Shown here: in pieces, positions 12,512 to 25,680 of the stretch | How the letters are laid out: every line of letters begins with the position of its first letter | How positions within the stretch are numbered: position 1 is the stretch's first letter | Made by a program: the position numbers and the translations under genes | NCBI GenBank assembly: GCA_000934665.2 | Contig: KZ538065.1 | Coordinates: forward strand, 1 to 64,000 | Direction of reading: 5' to 3' | Length of the DNA stretch: 64,000 nt | From: Catajapyx aquilonaris | Taxonomy: Eukaryota | Notes under the pieces: model-generated | Told to the model about the DNA's origin: nothing | The model's database searches: none | Seen by the model: the letters and a program-made list of their open reading frames with translations, nothing else

Positions 12512-15234
12512 GTATGTATGTCACCAAATGTGATAATTATCCGGTAACAACATTCTTATGAAGACTTGGGATTCTAACATTTTTGTTAGAAAGTGTGCGA
12601 TTGTGTGTTTAACATCGTAATGGCACCTTTACTGAAACTCTTCCAGGATATGAGGCAATTATTAAAATTTTTCGTGGGAAAAGTTGTTCATGAGAGAGAT
12701 TGCCCTACATTTAACAGCGTTTTCATTGAGGAAACGGCACAGCTTATATAACATATATAATGTCTCCTTGTTTCACGTTTACAATGCTCATTCTTCAATG
12801 TTCGTGCGACACTGATGGTGTCTCCAGAAGATGTGAAATCAAGAGTGATGACAGGCTCATTGTGGTTATATCTCCTAAATATGTTTTTCAGATCTTATAT
12901 GAGACTCTTGGCTCTTACACTTATTTCGCATTCCAAATCATGAATGCCAAGTTACATTGTCATGCTGTGGTGTACTGTACGTTATTATTATGCATAATAA
13001 ACGCCATTATGCAACATTCGCCTTCAAAAGTCACATGACATCCTCTTCATTCAGACGTACAAAAAGGTACTTTACCGAACGATAATCTTCCGTAATTATC
13101 TATTTTTTTGCTGTACAGAGAGTGAGAGTTGATGCATAATGGGTACACACGACGTGATACCGCGGTATATAAGGTCAGTAGTTCACAGAGAGGAATAAGG
13201 GACACCTGAAGCAGGGCAGGTGGTTAAAGAGAAAAACATTTTAGGAATACTTGAAGACCTTGAGCTAGTGAGGTCGGTCAGTCACACCCACAGTGACCAG
13301 AGTTCATTCACCATTCGCTTTTTGGAAAGTCTGGTTTTCCCTGTCGGTCAGGTGTTTCTCGATTATTTGGAATGGCTTGTACGTTATATAACTTTAGTAC
13401 TTGGGTAATTACCCAATGAAGTATTAGGGACCGAAATGACTTATCGTGGGGAGGAAAAATCGTGACTCATTATTGCCATTATCTTGCATATCAAGGTAAC
13501 ACCTGTAACAGGCCAACCCTAACTATTTCGAAATTTAACTCTCTTGTAAGAAATACTGAAACACAAGTACAAAAATCGCTATAATATGATTTTTTCTGAA
13601 AGTACTGGAAAAATGTAACGCACAGAAATTAAGATTATTTAATGGTACTATTTGTAATACTGTTTTACTGACACATAATCGCTTAATCACTATTTCACGT
13701 GCTGGAATATTCGACCTTCACAATAATTACTGACTGATAAATTAGAAATAGAAATTTAGTGGTAACAAATTGACAAATTAACAGGGTTGCATTTGCTTAT
13801 CAAGCTGTGTCACTGTAACATATTACAAGTAAATGCTGAACATTATAATTTTTGCTATGAATAAGATTATTTACTCTACATTGATTAGTGACTGGATTGA
13901 ATGGAGTTGTCGACAATATTATTGGTCACATTATGTGAAGACCTGAAATTCAGAACTATATCAGAGTCGCATCAGATTTATTTCGAGATGAGATCTGCAG
14001 ATTGCATAATTTTTTGAGTTTCTCTAATATCTTTCTGGGCTGCTCGTAACTTTCTATTAAATTGGCAATCATTCCAGAACAATATTAAACCAGTTTAAAC
14101 TAAATTTTGACCAAAATGTGGCTCTAATCATCCTCCAGTTCAGGATTTTATGCGATAATTTCTTTTTGCAAAACATTGGATCGAAAGCTTCGGTATGCAG
14201 TGTCGTGTACGCTGATTCCAAATTAAGTGGCCGGTACAATCTGTGAATAACATGGTAATTATTCTACATACATTTTCTTATGCACGTTAACTGGTGCATT
14301 ACTGTAATGAAGCATGTTTATATAGGATATGAAGCATTAAATGCAGAATAATATTGCTAATTATCTTCTCGTTTGAATCTTGTGCACGATAGAATTTCCG
14401 AACATTCCACCGACTTCAGCATGCGAATACGGAAGTTTAAAGAGACATTTAATTGCTCTCATTTCTGAGATTCTGAATAATAACCTGGGATTATTTTAAC
14501 CTTCAAGTTTTAGCTTGCATATATTGTTCTTCAAAAACTTTCTTTTGCGTCATTAATTATTGTTCTTTCTAATTTCTTGAGAACTATGTAAAATCTGCGC
14601 AAGAAAACGTAGCAATTACTTCTAGTAAAATACATCGTTTTTGTTGTGAAAATCGGTAGCATATGGCCTTGCATTACACGAAAAAGCAACGGAACGTATA
14701 CAAGCACTTGATTCTCACAACGTGTATCCGGAATCTCGCAACATCAGAGAAAAATACTTGCAAAAAAAAGCCAATGCGCACATTTACTTTAATCCCATAT
14801 TTACTCGAGTGAAAAGAACCGCGTCCGAAAACTGCGGTTCGCCAACACTAAATTTAGAATAGAAATCTCTGCCTATGTGTTATTAGACCCTAACGCCCCC
14901 GCAAAGTCACCCAAATTATCAAGTTCAACAGCTTTGCACTGCGGTCGAATCTTCTCAGAAAGAAAAAAAAAACCCCCGCCACAAAAACCAGGCCACTGTT
15001 TTTGGCATAGGTGAAGTATGTATGCTACTGTCACTCGCATCCTTGAAAGCGTTAGAAAGTGGAGCTTATTACGCTATGGGGCGATGGTTTTCTTCTCCTC
15101 CAACACCCCCTCCTCTACCACCATCTCCTACTCCATACAATGGCCGATTTCGTTCGGTTACATGCTCCGAGTCAGTGAATTCCACGCAACTGAGCTGTGT
15201 CCCTGTTTCTTCCAGGAAGCAGAAGTGAGCAAAC

Positions 15235-15295
15235 ATGGCCTCCTTGATCCGGCTTGCATACGACGGCTATCACGATCTGATGGACTACAAGAGCG
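15235..15295 (+). CDS. Elongase A coding exon 1 (MASLIRLAYDGYHDLMDYKS)
   Basis: Acceptor ttccag ends at 15215, AAAC-ATG-G start context, phase-1 donor G|gtgagt; joins to D-P-R of exon 2. Confidence 0.88.
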
Positions 15296-18200
15296 GTGAG
15301 TTGTTTGTTTCATTAAAATAAAATATATTATATCGTGACAGACCGTGTGTATGCTGTGTTTTTTTATCGTGTCGTAAACCCACTAATAAGGTCAATTTTC
15401 GTGTGCGCAGATCCTCGGGTGAAGGAATGGTTCCTAATGTCTTCCCCATGGACAACGGTGTTTATTACTCTGGGCTACCTCTACTTTGTCAGGGAAGTAG
15501 GACCAAGGTGGATGAAAGACAGGAAGCCATATGAGCTGAAGAACGTCATGATATTGTACAATGCCCTGCAAGCGGCGTTCAGCATGTGGATGTTTCGTGA
15601 GGTTCGTTACCTTTGAAAAGAAGTATGACCTTTGTTGCTATATGTGATGCAACGATCTAGTTGCGTAAGAAAAATCAACATTCCAGTCAAGTACGTTCGT
15701 TTTGTTTTTATTGCAGACCATATGTAGTGGTTGGATGACTCACTACAGCTTGAGATGTCAACCTGTGGACTACTCTAATAACCCAGATGCTGTGAGGGTA
15801 AGCTCCATGCCCCTGATCTGAACTGTAAACGCGGTAATTAATGTCGCGCCCATTTTCTTATTTGTTGCAGGCGGCCAGTGCTTATTGGTGGTTCTATTTC
15901 TCCAAACTCGTGGATTTCTTAGACACGGTGAGAGGTCTATGTACTGAGAGAAGGGAGGGGGGGGGATTTAAAAAACGATAGTGGGGGTAAACAAAAACAA
16001 GGGAGGACGAATTATGCCACTGGGGTGGAGAAACCAGTCGCAAGACGGACGGAGTTAGCCAGTTCCCCTTGAAAACTGGTTAACATGCCTTCATTTTTTT
16101 ATTGCAGATATTTTTCGTGCTAAGGAAAAAGAACGAGCAAGTCTCAAGATTGCACTTAATTCATCATTCCATCATGCCTACCGCCTGCTGGGTTGGAGTC
16201 AAGTTTATTGCTGGTTGGTTTGCCTTAATTTTTCTTTTCTTAGAACCGTTCCATTTTTCAGGTTGTAAACTATTACCTAACGCCATTTTCTGTACATTTT
16301 ACCGCGCCCCTACAACTATCATCAGGTTTAACTGTGTCAATAGCTCAAGTGTGGGCCCTCAATCTCAAGAGAAGGGAAACACGATATGCTTTAATTAAAT
16401 GCCACGAAGTATTTGTGGTCAATTTATGAAATGCGTAGATGTTACACGTCAGAACAAACAGTTATGTTTTGATTATGCTACAGTAAAAGGAAAACAACAA
16501 CAACATAGATGGAAGCCTCTATTCCTTGCATAATACAACCAGTTTAAACTGGAGCATGCCAGTAGCATTTCAAGAATTATTTTATTGCATGTTTTACTTC
16601 ATGCGATATGTCGTATATCACTTCTGAAGGACAAAAATGCCTGTGAAAGTCCAGAATACGCTATACACTCGCACGTGTCGATCTTTGATATGTCTAAAAA
16701 TTTTTAGGACAAAATCGTTCTAGTCGATTTCATTTTTGGCTGAATTATTACAGTCGCAGGTTAATGTTTGTTTTGTCGCTTATATCCTGAACAGCAAATA
16801 ATTCTCACCATGCGTACAAAAGCCTTCTAACCAGCAGAATATTTCCTGTCTTTCGCATGGGTGGAAAGCTAATATTAGCACGCTTTTACTGTATCTTGTA
16901 GGCCTAATGGATCCAAACTCTAATAGGACACTTTCGCGTAGAAATAGGGTATTTAAGAAACAAACTACAAGGGAAACAACTCCACCCATGGAAAACAGCA
17001 TTAGAAAATACTACCGGCTTAAAACCTTCACCAATTCAACAAATTATCACCTTTTGAAATTCTATGATAGATCGCATGTTCTAAAGCAGAGCAAAGAGCC
17101 TTGTTTCGCAATTTGACCATGCAATTAAAAGGGAATCACATTGATTACAGAAGCCAATTTTTTCCACGAGTGGAAAGAATATGGAATTAACCAGTGTAAT
17201 TAATGTGATCTGAAATATGCTGTAATTCTTCCTGATGGTTTCACACATCCTGCTCAAAATGTATAACTTAGTTGGAATTATTTTCATTTACGCGGCTTCC
17301 AATCGGGGCAGGAAAACAACGACATTTGTTTCATATGACGTAGGAACAAAAGACGGACTTGCGCGATTTAGCACACTATCCGTAAATTTTGCATTCGTGA
17401 ATTTGTACCACACCTCTCATTCCGCCTAATAAAGAGTAATCAATACAGGCAGGCTGAAAGTTTTTACATTACTCAACTTGCATTCAAGGAAGCTCCATTT
17501 CCATTATCTAATTTTTTCCAAGACAATTTTAATTAAAACCTTGCATCTAATGAAGTAGAAATTAATGTATGACTTTTCTAATAATTATGGCATCGTAGCA
17601 GACACTTTTTTCCCTCAAAAATAGAGAGTATAACTGATGAGTATAATCCGGGGGTGGGCAAAGTTCGGCCCGCGGAAGTCTTTGTCTTTGTCTGCCGAAG
17701 TGTGAAGTCGACAAGGTTAATGTGATTGACATTTAATTTATCAAATACAATACGTCATACTAGTAAGTTCTTAGCCCTTCACTACTTAGCACTTAGCCTT
17801 AGCTTTAGCATTTTTCATCCACTTTTCGCTAGGTTTGTTGTGTAGTCACTTGCCGTTCCTTGTAGTTGATATACCGGCACTCCATGGTTTAGAATTTTGA
17901 GACAGGCCCACAAAACAAAAACTTTGCCCACCCCTGGTGGTTTACACTAATATTTTGTCTGAAGGAATTCTCGTTCAGACTTCTTTTCGCCCAAAGTGAA
18001 TTATTATTTCACGTTGTTCTAGTGAAATAAGCACGTTTTTTTCTCCAGCATAATATTATTGTCAGAGAACCTTTCCTTGAGGAGTACTACGGAAGGAAGA
18101 TTTATCTTTTGTCTTTGGATGAAATGGTTTGTTTTACGAGAATTCCGTCGGACGAAGTGGTTGGGCTAAATTATTGGACGAATGGACGAGGCGAAGAGTT

Positions 18201-21053
18201 ATGTAACGATAATAATTGTGTGTCAAGAATTAACGAACCATTCCCACAGCCACTATATTTGCAAACAAGTGCTTGAGTTTTGGTTAACTGCGCGGAAATT
18301 TGCAAGCCAGTCATTACACAAATCTGCATAATTTGCTAAAAAGGACGCTTAATTATTTTCATATGATTCATCACATCCTAAATACTTAATGGCTCCAGCA
18401 GTACATTTTACTAGTGAAATGTGCACCTTTTGCGAATTTATTGGCCGCGTATTAGGTATGTGTCTACAGTAACTGCTTTATTTTGCACGCTTTGGCGTCT
18501 AGCTTGAAAGCTCCCTGTCACACCATAACTAAGGCTTTTTTATGAGCCTTGAATATGAGCAGATGGCGTGCAGGGAATAATTGATGGAAATAAACTATGC
18601 CACTGTTCCGTTTCCCATAGTAGCTGCAGTTTACTGTGGCACGTAAGATCCGCCGGATACTCTCATATTATAAGTCACATTGTCACACTCATATTAACAC
18701 ACTCAGGTAAACCGGAATATTTTACAGTACTATTTTCTTAGCGTCTTTTTCATCAGTCTTCGCTTTGCCAAAGTTTAGCGAAAAGTTATACGACCTTGCC
18801 GCGCCGCCTGGAGCACTAGTCCCCTAAATTAGTACTTATCAAGACATAATTACATATTCGAAAGTAAATAAAAGTTCACATCTCAAATGCGCTGCTGCAA
18901 TTTTTACGTTAATATGATTAACAAATTACTGTATTACGGAAAAATCCTTGCCTTAGCCGCACTCCTGGGAATACCACGCAAGGTTGCTTGGTTTCAGTGA
19001 CCATAATTAAACCGAAGATGCACTGAATCCCATTAAATAATGACACAGTACAGCATCTTTAATGCAATATCAGCAATCTTAGTTTTATATAAATTGGGTA
19101 GTATAGAACTGACTCATGTGCATAATGTGTACCCATTACATACTTTTTCCAAGTGCTTTTCTTATTACTGTTTCGGCCAGGGAATGGTATCGACGTCAGC
19201 AAGCTTGTAATAGCTAGTTTCATTGTTTATATTTCAAATAATAGTTGCCAAATTATCCTTCTCTGTTTGAAGCAGTAATACAGTATAACAACGCTAATAT
19301 TCATGACAAGTTGTTCTGTGTTAAACTTTCCTACGTAAGGTAAGTTATTATTTCAGAGTAAGAAAAATAGTCCAGTGTCATTTAAGCATGTCCTTACGCC
19401 ATAACCAAACGTGCTCCCATTTATGCCCCAAACCTTCCCGTTTATGCTTGAAAGCTGTCGCTCTTGTTAGAGATGGAATTAATGAAGTGACAACTACTTA
19501 ATATGCAATGGCCCGTTAATTGATGTTGATCTCATATTTTCCAGGTGGCCACAGTACATTCCTTTCCATGCTCAACACATTTGTGCACTCAGTCATGTAC
19601 AGCTATTACCTCTTGGCTGCTCTTGGACCCCAGTATCAGAAGTACCTGTGGTGGAAGCAGTATCTTACCATCATGCAAATGGTACAGTAAAATATTATGG
19701 TTTGGATGCCTGATTGTGTTGTGCGAACATTTGGATTTTAGAGCAATCAGTCGTACGTAAGTGTGATGGCAGTGAAATTTCAATTGTGGCACGGAAGGTT
19801 CAGACATTTACTTGACTCCCTTGTTTTCACTCATTACTTGGGGACAATAGGTCAATTACACCGAAGAATCATCTCACTTCCGGCTATAATTTATTATAGT
19901 GGGAAGAAGTAACAGTTCTTTCGTGAACACATATATCGCCCTCCATAAAATGTGGAACAAAACTGTACCACCTCATGAGGAACTTGACGATAGGCAGGAT
20001 ATCCTTTCGAGATGGGAAATAATAGTAGGACGTTCCTCTTTCCAGGTGTTGAAGTAGCTAAAGGAAATCACAGGGTATAATATTGTCTGAAACTGTGCTA
20101 CAAAAGTACGGTACTATTTTGAAACAGATGACAAAATTACGATAGCGTTTTTCACCTCATTATTAGTTGCCAATGACAAAAGTCATGCTGGAGATGATTG
20201 GGCCACGTGTAAACGTCGTGTCGTTGATTATAATCAGAATGTTGCTGCGATTTCTTCAAATACTGATAATATAGATTTACTGTAGAATTTTACACACAAT
20301 AAACGCTGATAAGGGGAAAAAATCCTAAAGGGGAGATGGCCTGTAACAGGCCTGGGGTCTCTGCAGTGGTTTGCATTTTGGTAGGCACTGTACATAGTTA
20401 ACGACATATTTTTCTCAGCAAACTGTAACTCAATATTACCCATAAAATTACTTGGAGTTTAGTTAAGCTAAAGAAGTGCAGCTTCTATGTCGAGATCATT
20501 ACACTTAGAAGATTTTACTTTTGGCATCATCAATGATTCAATGTTACAGTATTACCTGGTTTGCCAGGGGTACTCAAATGTGATCATATCATAGTGAAAA
20601 CTGAGTGTTACTTAATCAAAACACATTTCTTGCCTTTCTCACAGATTCATAGCGTTATATCTTTAGCCGCAACGAAACTTACGAAGATTTTTCACGTCGA
20701 TTTCAGGTGCAGTTTATCATGGTGCTGATCCATGCTTGCCAGTTGTTTTTTGTGGATTGTGATTTCCCAATCATCTTCGCCTGGTGGTGCTTGTTCGCAG
20801 CCACCCTGTTTTTTGTGCTTTTCGCCAACTACTACATCAAATCCTATCTGCAACCTCGCGATGGAAAGGTTGGTGCAATGAAGTTCCAGTGCAGCATCTG
20901 CTTTTCCCAACGTGTGTGTCAACCATTTAATACCTTTTCTCTCTCTCCTTTTTTCAGCCTTTCAATCTGAGAGAAGAGGCAAGAAAGTGGCTGATGACAT
21001 CGTGGCTACCGTGCGCAGTTCAAGAGCAACTTGGCTTGTACAAGTCAAGCTGA
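15235..21053 (+). CDS. Elongase A: ELOVL7/AAEL008004-like very-long-chain fatty acid elongase (GNS1/SUR4 family), 8 coding exons, 296 aa
   Basis: join(15235..15295,15411..15601,15717..15797,15871..15927,16108..16213,19545..19681,20707..20868,20958..21053) = 891 nt, all introns GT-AG, frame continuous. Motifs SKLVDFLDT, FFVLRKK, LHLIHH, NTFVHSVMYSYY, KYLWWK, TIMQMVQF. Confidence 0.95.
15411..15601 (+). CDS. Elongase A exon 2 (DPRVKEWFLMSSP...YNALQAAFSMWMFRE)
   Basis: gcag acceptor, 191 nt, ELO N-terminal DPR..W.LM.SP and GP..M..R.P..L motifs. Confidence 0.95.
15717..15797 (+). CDS. Elongase A exon 3 (TICSGWMTHYSLRCQPVDYSNNPDAVR)
   Basis: ttgcag/gtaagc, 81 nt, CQPVDYS motif. Confidence 0.95.
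15871..15927 (+). CDS. Elongase A exon 4 (AASAYWWFYFSKLVDFLDT)
   Basis: ttgcag/gtgaga, 57 nt, Kxx[ED]xxDT motif. Confidence 0.95.
16108..16213 (+). CDS. Elongase A exon 5 (IFFVLRKKNEQVSRLHLIHHSIMPTACWVGVKFIA)
   Basis: ttgcag acceptor, 106 nt, HxxHH box; donor gttggt is weak but phase-consistent. Confidence 0.93.
17649..17936. mobile_element. hAT/Charlie-like MITE in intron 5 of elongase A
   Basis: TIRs CGGGGGTGGGCAAAG / CTTTGCCCACCCCTG (14/15), subterminal GGCCCGCGG and GGCCC; TSD not recognisable. Confidence 0.75.
19545..19681 (+). CDS. Elongase A exon 6 (GGHSTFLSMLNTFVHSVMYSYYLLAALGPQYQKYLWWKQYLTIMQM)
   Basis: ttccag/gtacag, 137 nt, NxxxHxxMYxYY motif. Confidence 0.95.
20707..20868 (+). 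CDS. Elongase A exon 7 (VQFIMVLIHACQLFFVDCDFP...FANYYIKSYLQPRDGK)
   Basis: tttcag/gttggt, 162 nt, TM6-TM7. Confidence 0.92.
20958..21053 (+). CDS. Elongase A exon 8 (PFNLREEARKWLMTSWLPCAVQEQLGLYKSS*)
   Basis: Long polypyrimidine tract + cag, phase 0, stop TGA 21051-21053. Confidence 0.78.
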   Translation, partial: PFNLREEARKWLMTSWLPCAVQEQLGLYKSS

Positions 21054-21725
21054 TTGCCAAATTGCATATAATTATTTTAAATGGAGGATCATATTTTCTT
21101 TGAGGTGTAACATGATACAGGTGTGAGTGATAAAAGAGACTTTGCGTGTGTGGAAGAAAATGTGGTCAGTGGAGACAATGAACTGCCAAGACTTTGCATG
21201 GAGCTAATAAGTTCATTAGTGGGATGTAAACTGAGTGGTGCTCTTTACTTGCTGGATCACGTCCATGCATAATAATCTAGAAAGATAATGTTGATTATGT
21301 TACAGTCATATTGAACATGTGTCAGTGAAAGGCATTGGTAGAAATGTGCTGTTGTTGTCGGCAGTCAGTGCTAGAAATATTTCGGTATATTTTGGCAGGT
21401 GAAGTTTCTTAATGTGCTATATTAGAAAATATTTTATTTCTTCAGTTTGACCTTATCATTTGCTGTTCTGTAATCATATATTGGCAGGTATATCAAGCAT
21501 TTTCGCCAAGGGAAAATTGCATTCTGTGTCTGCTTCAGTTGACTAGCTCCAAAGAATAGTGGTTCATGTAGGTTATTCAAGGGTACTCCGCGCACTCTCA
21601 TTGCAACATCAATTACAGCTGCCTGTAAACCGTATATAAAACATTGTTTTCAAGAAATTATTATTTCTTGCATTATTGTGTCATGATTTGTGTCTGTAAC
21701 TGTGCTTGCCTGCATCACGAGATCA

Positions 21726-21770
21726 ATTAAACATTGTTAATTTAAACAATCAATTTAGCAGTTTGTGTTT
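21726..21770 (+). terminator. Candidate poly(A) signal of elongase A
   Basis: ATTAAA at 21726 with GT-rich gtttgtgttt at 21761. Confidence 0.4.
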
Positions 21771-23421
21771 CATGTGACACACTTGTGACACACACTGCAA
21801 ATTTCAATTCATTTCATACTACACCATTTCTATTCCTGTAATAATAGCATAAAAATATTCTCGATTGTCCCATAAAGTTGTCCAATATGGGAAAATAAAT
21901 TTGCAGTTGATGTTATTTCTTCATTTATGAAAGTCGCCCTCTGATCATTCAGGAATGCAAAAAAAGATGTAAGGTTCTACAGCAAGTTGCTAATGATTTC
22001 ACATATAGTCCGCTTTGAATTTTTAAATAGAAAACACTGAATTAATATTACTTTGTGTTGGGTAAGAGTGCTGCAATTTGGTGTAGTTAAGGGAATAGTC
22101 GATTTAAAAAAAACAAGGGATAGAAGGAAAATACCTCTTTAGTAAACCCGATTTTAGTAAGGCCGATGCAAAATATGAGCGTAACATTGAACACTCATTT
22201 TATTGTACCAAAAAACTACCAATAACGTGTGCATGGCAAACTATGCTTTGACAGAAACCTTTTTTCAGTATGAAAATACATATCTCATAACCAGGATATT
22301 GCCAAGATATTTATGCAAGTAAAAATAGAAAAATGACAGTTTCTTGGTTTACTTTTTCCTGTTGCTGGCATTTGTTTGTAAATAATATGTCGCACAAATT
22401 TGATAAATTATTCAGTAGTAGCAAGAGCTGGTAGTAGAAAGAATCAATCCACTTGTGAGAAGTGCACTCCCAACTTTCCGACAGTCATACAGTTTTTATA
22501 TTCAAAATTAAGATAAAGGGTAATAAATTAAGGGCAGAATCCTAAATATTTGTGATATCAGTAACCCCGAAAATTATCCTTAACGTTTCAGCTTGCGACA
22601 CATACGAATACATCGGAGGTTTTCCTTCCGAATCAGGAAACATATTCGAGCAGGATGACTGATAAGTTATATCTATGGCCCTGAGGTCACACTTATGAAA
22701 TTATAATGCTGTAAGCCTACTACCTTTTTTGCAAAGCTTTTTTGCACTAAACTCAGGCAACCATGCAGTATTACCAGCTCTTGGTATTACTATTACCTAA
22801 TATTATCTAACAGCAGATCCACTTGTATATTACTTTTTCTGCATTCATAGATCTTAATCATTCAGTGGATTAAAGTGAAAGGTGAGATTACAGCCCATCG
22901 GGTATTGATTTTAAATGCAAAACTATCCAGAGATGGCTCTTATTAATTTGGTCAAGATAGGTTTTCAAGGAAATGTGATCCATACTCAACTATGTAGACT
23001 AAAAAGTATCCTAGCAGATATGCACCCTGGCCAGTTTCAATATAATTTGGGTGTTACCATGCACTTTTAGTTACAAGTGAGATCTAATCGGGTGCAGCAT
23101 TGGATTGATGCTACAGTAATTAACTCATTCACGAGGCTGCGGAGACCGAGTGACATTTCTATACGTGAAGTGATGTTCTGCTTCCCAGGAGTTCAACCTT
23201 AGAGTGTGTCTGAATGCTTATTATAGCTGTTGCAGCAGCAGATTACTATAGGTACACTACATCATCCCTAATGAAATTATCAAACACACTTACTACGAGG
23301 AAGGACTCAACTAATGAACCTAGGCACATCCTCCAGTCAACTTCAAATGATCTACAAACAATATTTTTTTTTTCAAAATAGTGCCCTTCAATAATGGGTA
23401 TACAAAAATAGCGTAAGCCTA

Positions 23422-24377
23422 TATGGCGCTCAAATTGAGAAAATATTGCCAAGCAGAAATTTCATGCGCAAAAAAAACCATGGTGTAATAATTTCGTGTG
23501 CAAAAGTTCGTGTAGAAATTTTCATGGTTAAGCCCTACCGTCAAATGTTTTGCCCAAAAATTTTCTTGAACTCGGAGACCTTTTTAAAATACACAGCAAC
23601 AAAAAGGGATTATTACACCTCATAAAATATTGATCAAATAATGCAGCTAATTAAAGATCAAAGTTATTGATGTGTTAATCATTGTCGATTATTATATTGT
23701 GTCATAATCGGTAATAATCTTGCTGCGCAAGATTTTATTTTCCAGTTGGCTATAGAGTACGGCTGTGAAAGTTGGGGCGAATAATAATAATATTGTATCC
23801 ATCAACTTTTGCAGCTTATTTCATTCGGGTAAATGAACTTCTTGTCGAACTTTAATAATTATGATGATACTTGCAATTTATATTATACAGTATACAGGCA
23901 CTGTAACACGAGAAATGATAAATATCCACCTGCAATAACACGAAGCCTGTGGGAATATTATTATTTTCACTCTGTAGCGCAGGTCATATAGTCATATCTG
24001 GAATACTTTTCCTATTCAAGTTCTGACTTATCTCAATCATACGGAACATTTATAATTACATTACACGTAAAAACACCTGCAATGTTAGCATCCTTCACTT
24101 GTCTTGCAAGATGAAATGGACCTGATTGAATTTCATGGAGAAGAAGAATAATAAAACCAGTTCCAACCTCCAAGGAAAGATCGTATAACCGGGCATGTGA
24201 GTTGATTCTCGACGTCATCCCGAGGATGGGAAAAAGGTCTCCCGGAACAAGAAAATTCTTGGGCAAAACAAGTGACGGTCGGGGTTGACCATGAAAATTT
24301 CTACAAATTTTTTATACCATGATTTTTAACGCACGAAATTTTTTGCTTGACAACATTTTCTCTATTTGAACACCATA
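23422..24377. mobile_element. Element with long (about 150-165 bp) imperfect terminal inverted repeats
   Basis: 23422-23585 (tatggcgctcaaattgagaaaa...tgtagaaattttcatggt...gttttgcccaa...ggagaccttttt) is the reverse complement of 24231-24377. Confidence 0.75.
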
Positions 24378-25399
24378 CAATCCCATACGATCACACAGCA
24401 CTTACTTATTACGTAAGGAACATCAAATAATGACAAATATACTCGTACATAAAAACGTAAAATGTTTCTGGAGAATTTGTTCACAAAATAATGGTCAACA
24501 CTTTCACAGGTATGAGAAAGGCTCAGACAAAACATGCGACATTAACGATTTTCAACCTAATCGGCAAGTAGAAGTTAAATAACAACAAAAATATCCTTTA
24601 TGAGTCAAACAGTCTTTTTTGCGAGTGTTGGAAAGCATCCCTGGCTATTGCCTGATAGTGACAATCACTCAGTATGTAAATGCAGCAAGATCTTTGAAGC
24701 TTTACGTTTGTGCAAAAAATGTTTGCAATATTTCCTTAACTTTTTTGAAGGGATTTTAAATTGTCATATTCAAAGCCACGAACATTTTAAAGGAGCCTTG
24801 TGCAATATGCTGTGATTGGAAGTAATATATTTCGCCACAGGAAAATCTTATAGCAGGTGCTGCCTGGGAATCGAATAAGTCACGAAACTTGCAACATAGT
24901 CCGAACTACACAGTCCTCTCCTTCCTTATAAAAGTTTTAGGGGTTTATAACTTTTTGTGCAAAATATGAAGGATATTAACATTTTCCCGTGCTTCTGCCT
25001 GTTTTTATGAGGGGAGATAATAAGTCTGACACGGGGAGCAGATGCGCAATAGATATACGTATGTCAAAGAAAATAATATTTTGATCTTTCATTGTTATAG
25101 AGGGAGAGAGTGAGGGGGGAAGTTCTCGCTAGTTTTTAACAAAATAGTTTCCCCAATTCCATGGATCTAATCGCAAAGGTACTAGTATTTCCTCCCATTT
25201 GGCAGGTCAGATGTGGAGAATGCTAAGGTGAGTGAGGAAAAATCCTCCGCAGCACCCATCGCAATCCGGCGAATGTGAGCTGGTGCAGAGTTGTTAGGAG
25301 GACACTTTATCGTCATTTTCTATGTCGCTTATATGTAGGTTTGATGGCTTCCCGTAATTAGTGCAAATGATATGTGTAATCTACAGATCCATCGTAGCC

Positions 25400-25680
25400 G
25401 AGTAGGTTTAACATGATCAATCGTCTCAGAAATGTACCTGACTGTCAACCTGCAATATTCCGCATCCATTAGTCTTGGCCAATGGAGCTCACTGTCCTTC
25501 AGGAATTGTGGGTATCTTCCATGCTGTCTCTGCTGCGTTTGAACAGGTAAGCTCACATTGTGACAATGGTCTAAGATTGTGCATTGCCAGGCAATACTGC
25601 ACGGATGTCCTCGAAGATGTCCTCGGCACCAATTCCATTTCATACCAGTACCAGCTGGCGATAAGGGATGTTCGTCATCT
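25400..25680 (-). mobile_element. Degenerate mariner transposase N-terminal (HTH) relic
   Basis: Minus-strand translation MTNIPYRQLVLV*NGIGAEDIFEDIRAVLPGNAQS*TIVTM*AYLFKRSRDSMEDTHNS*RTVS then, after a frameshift, RLTVRYISETI; resembles the mariner pattern FKRGRESLEDDPRSGRP...RRLTVREIAE. Confidence 0.7.
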
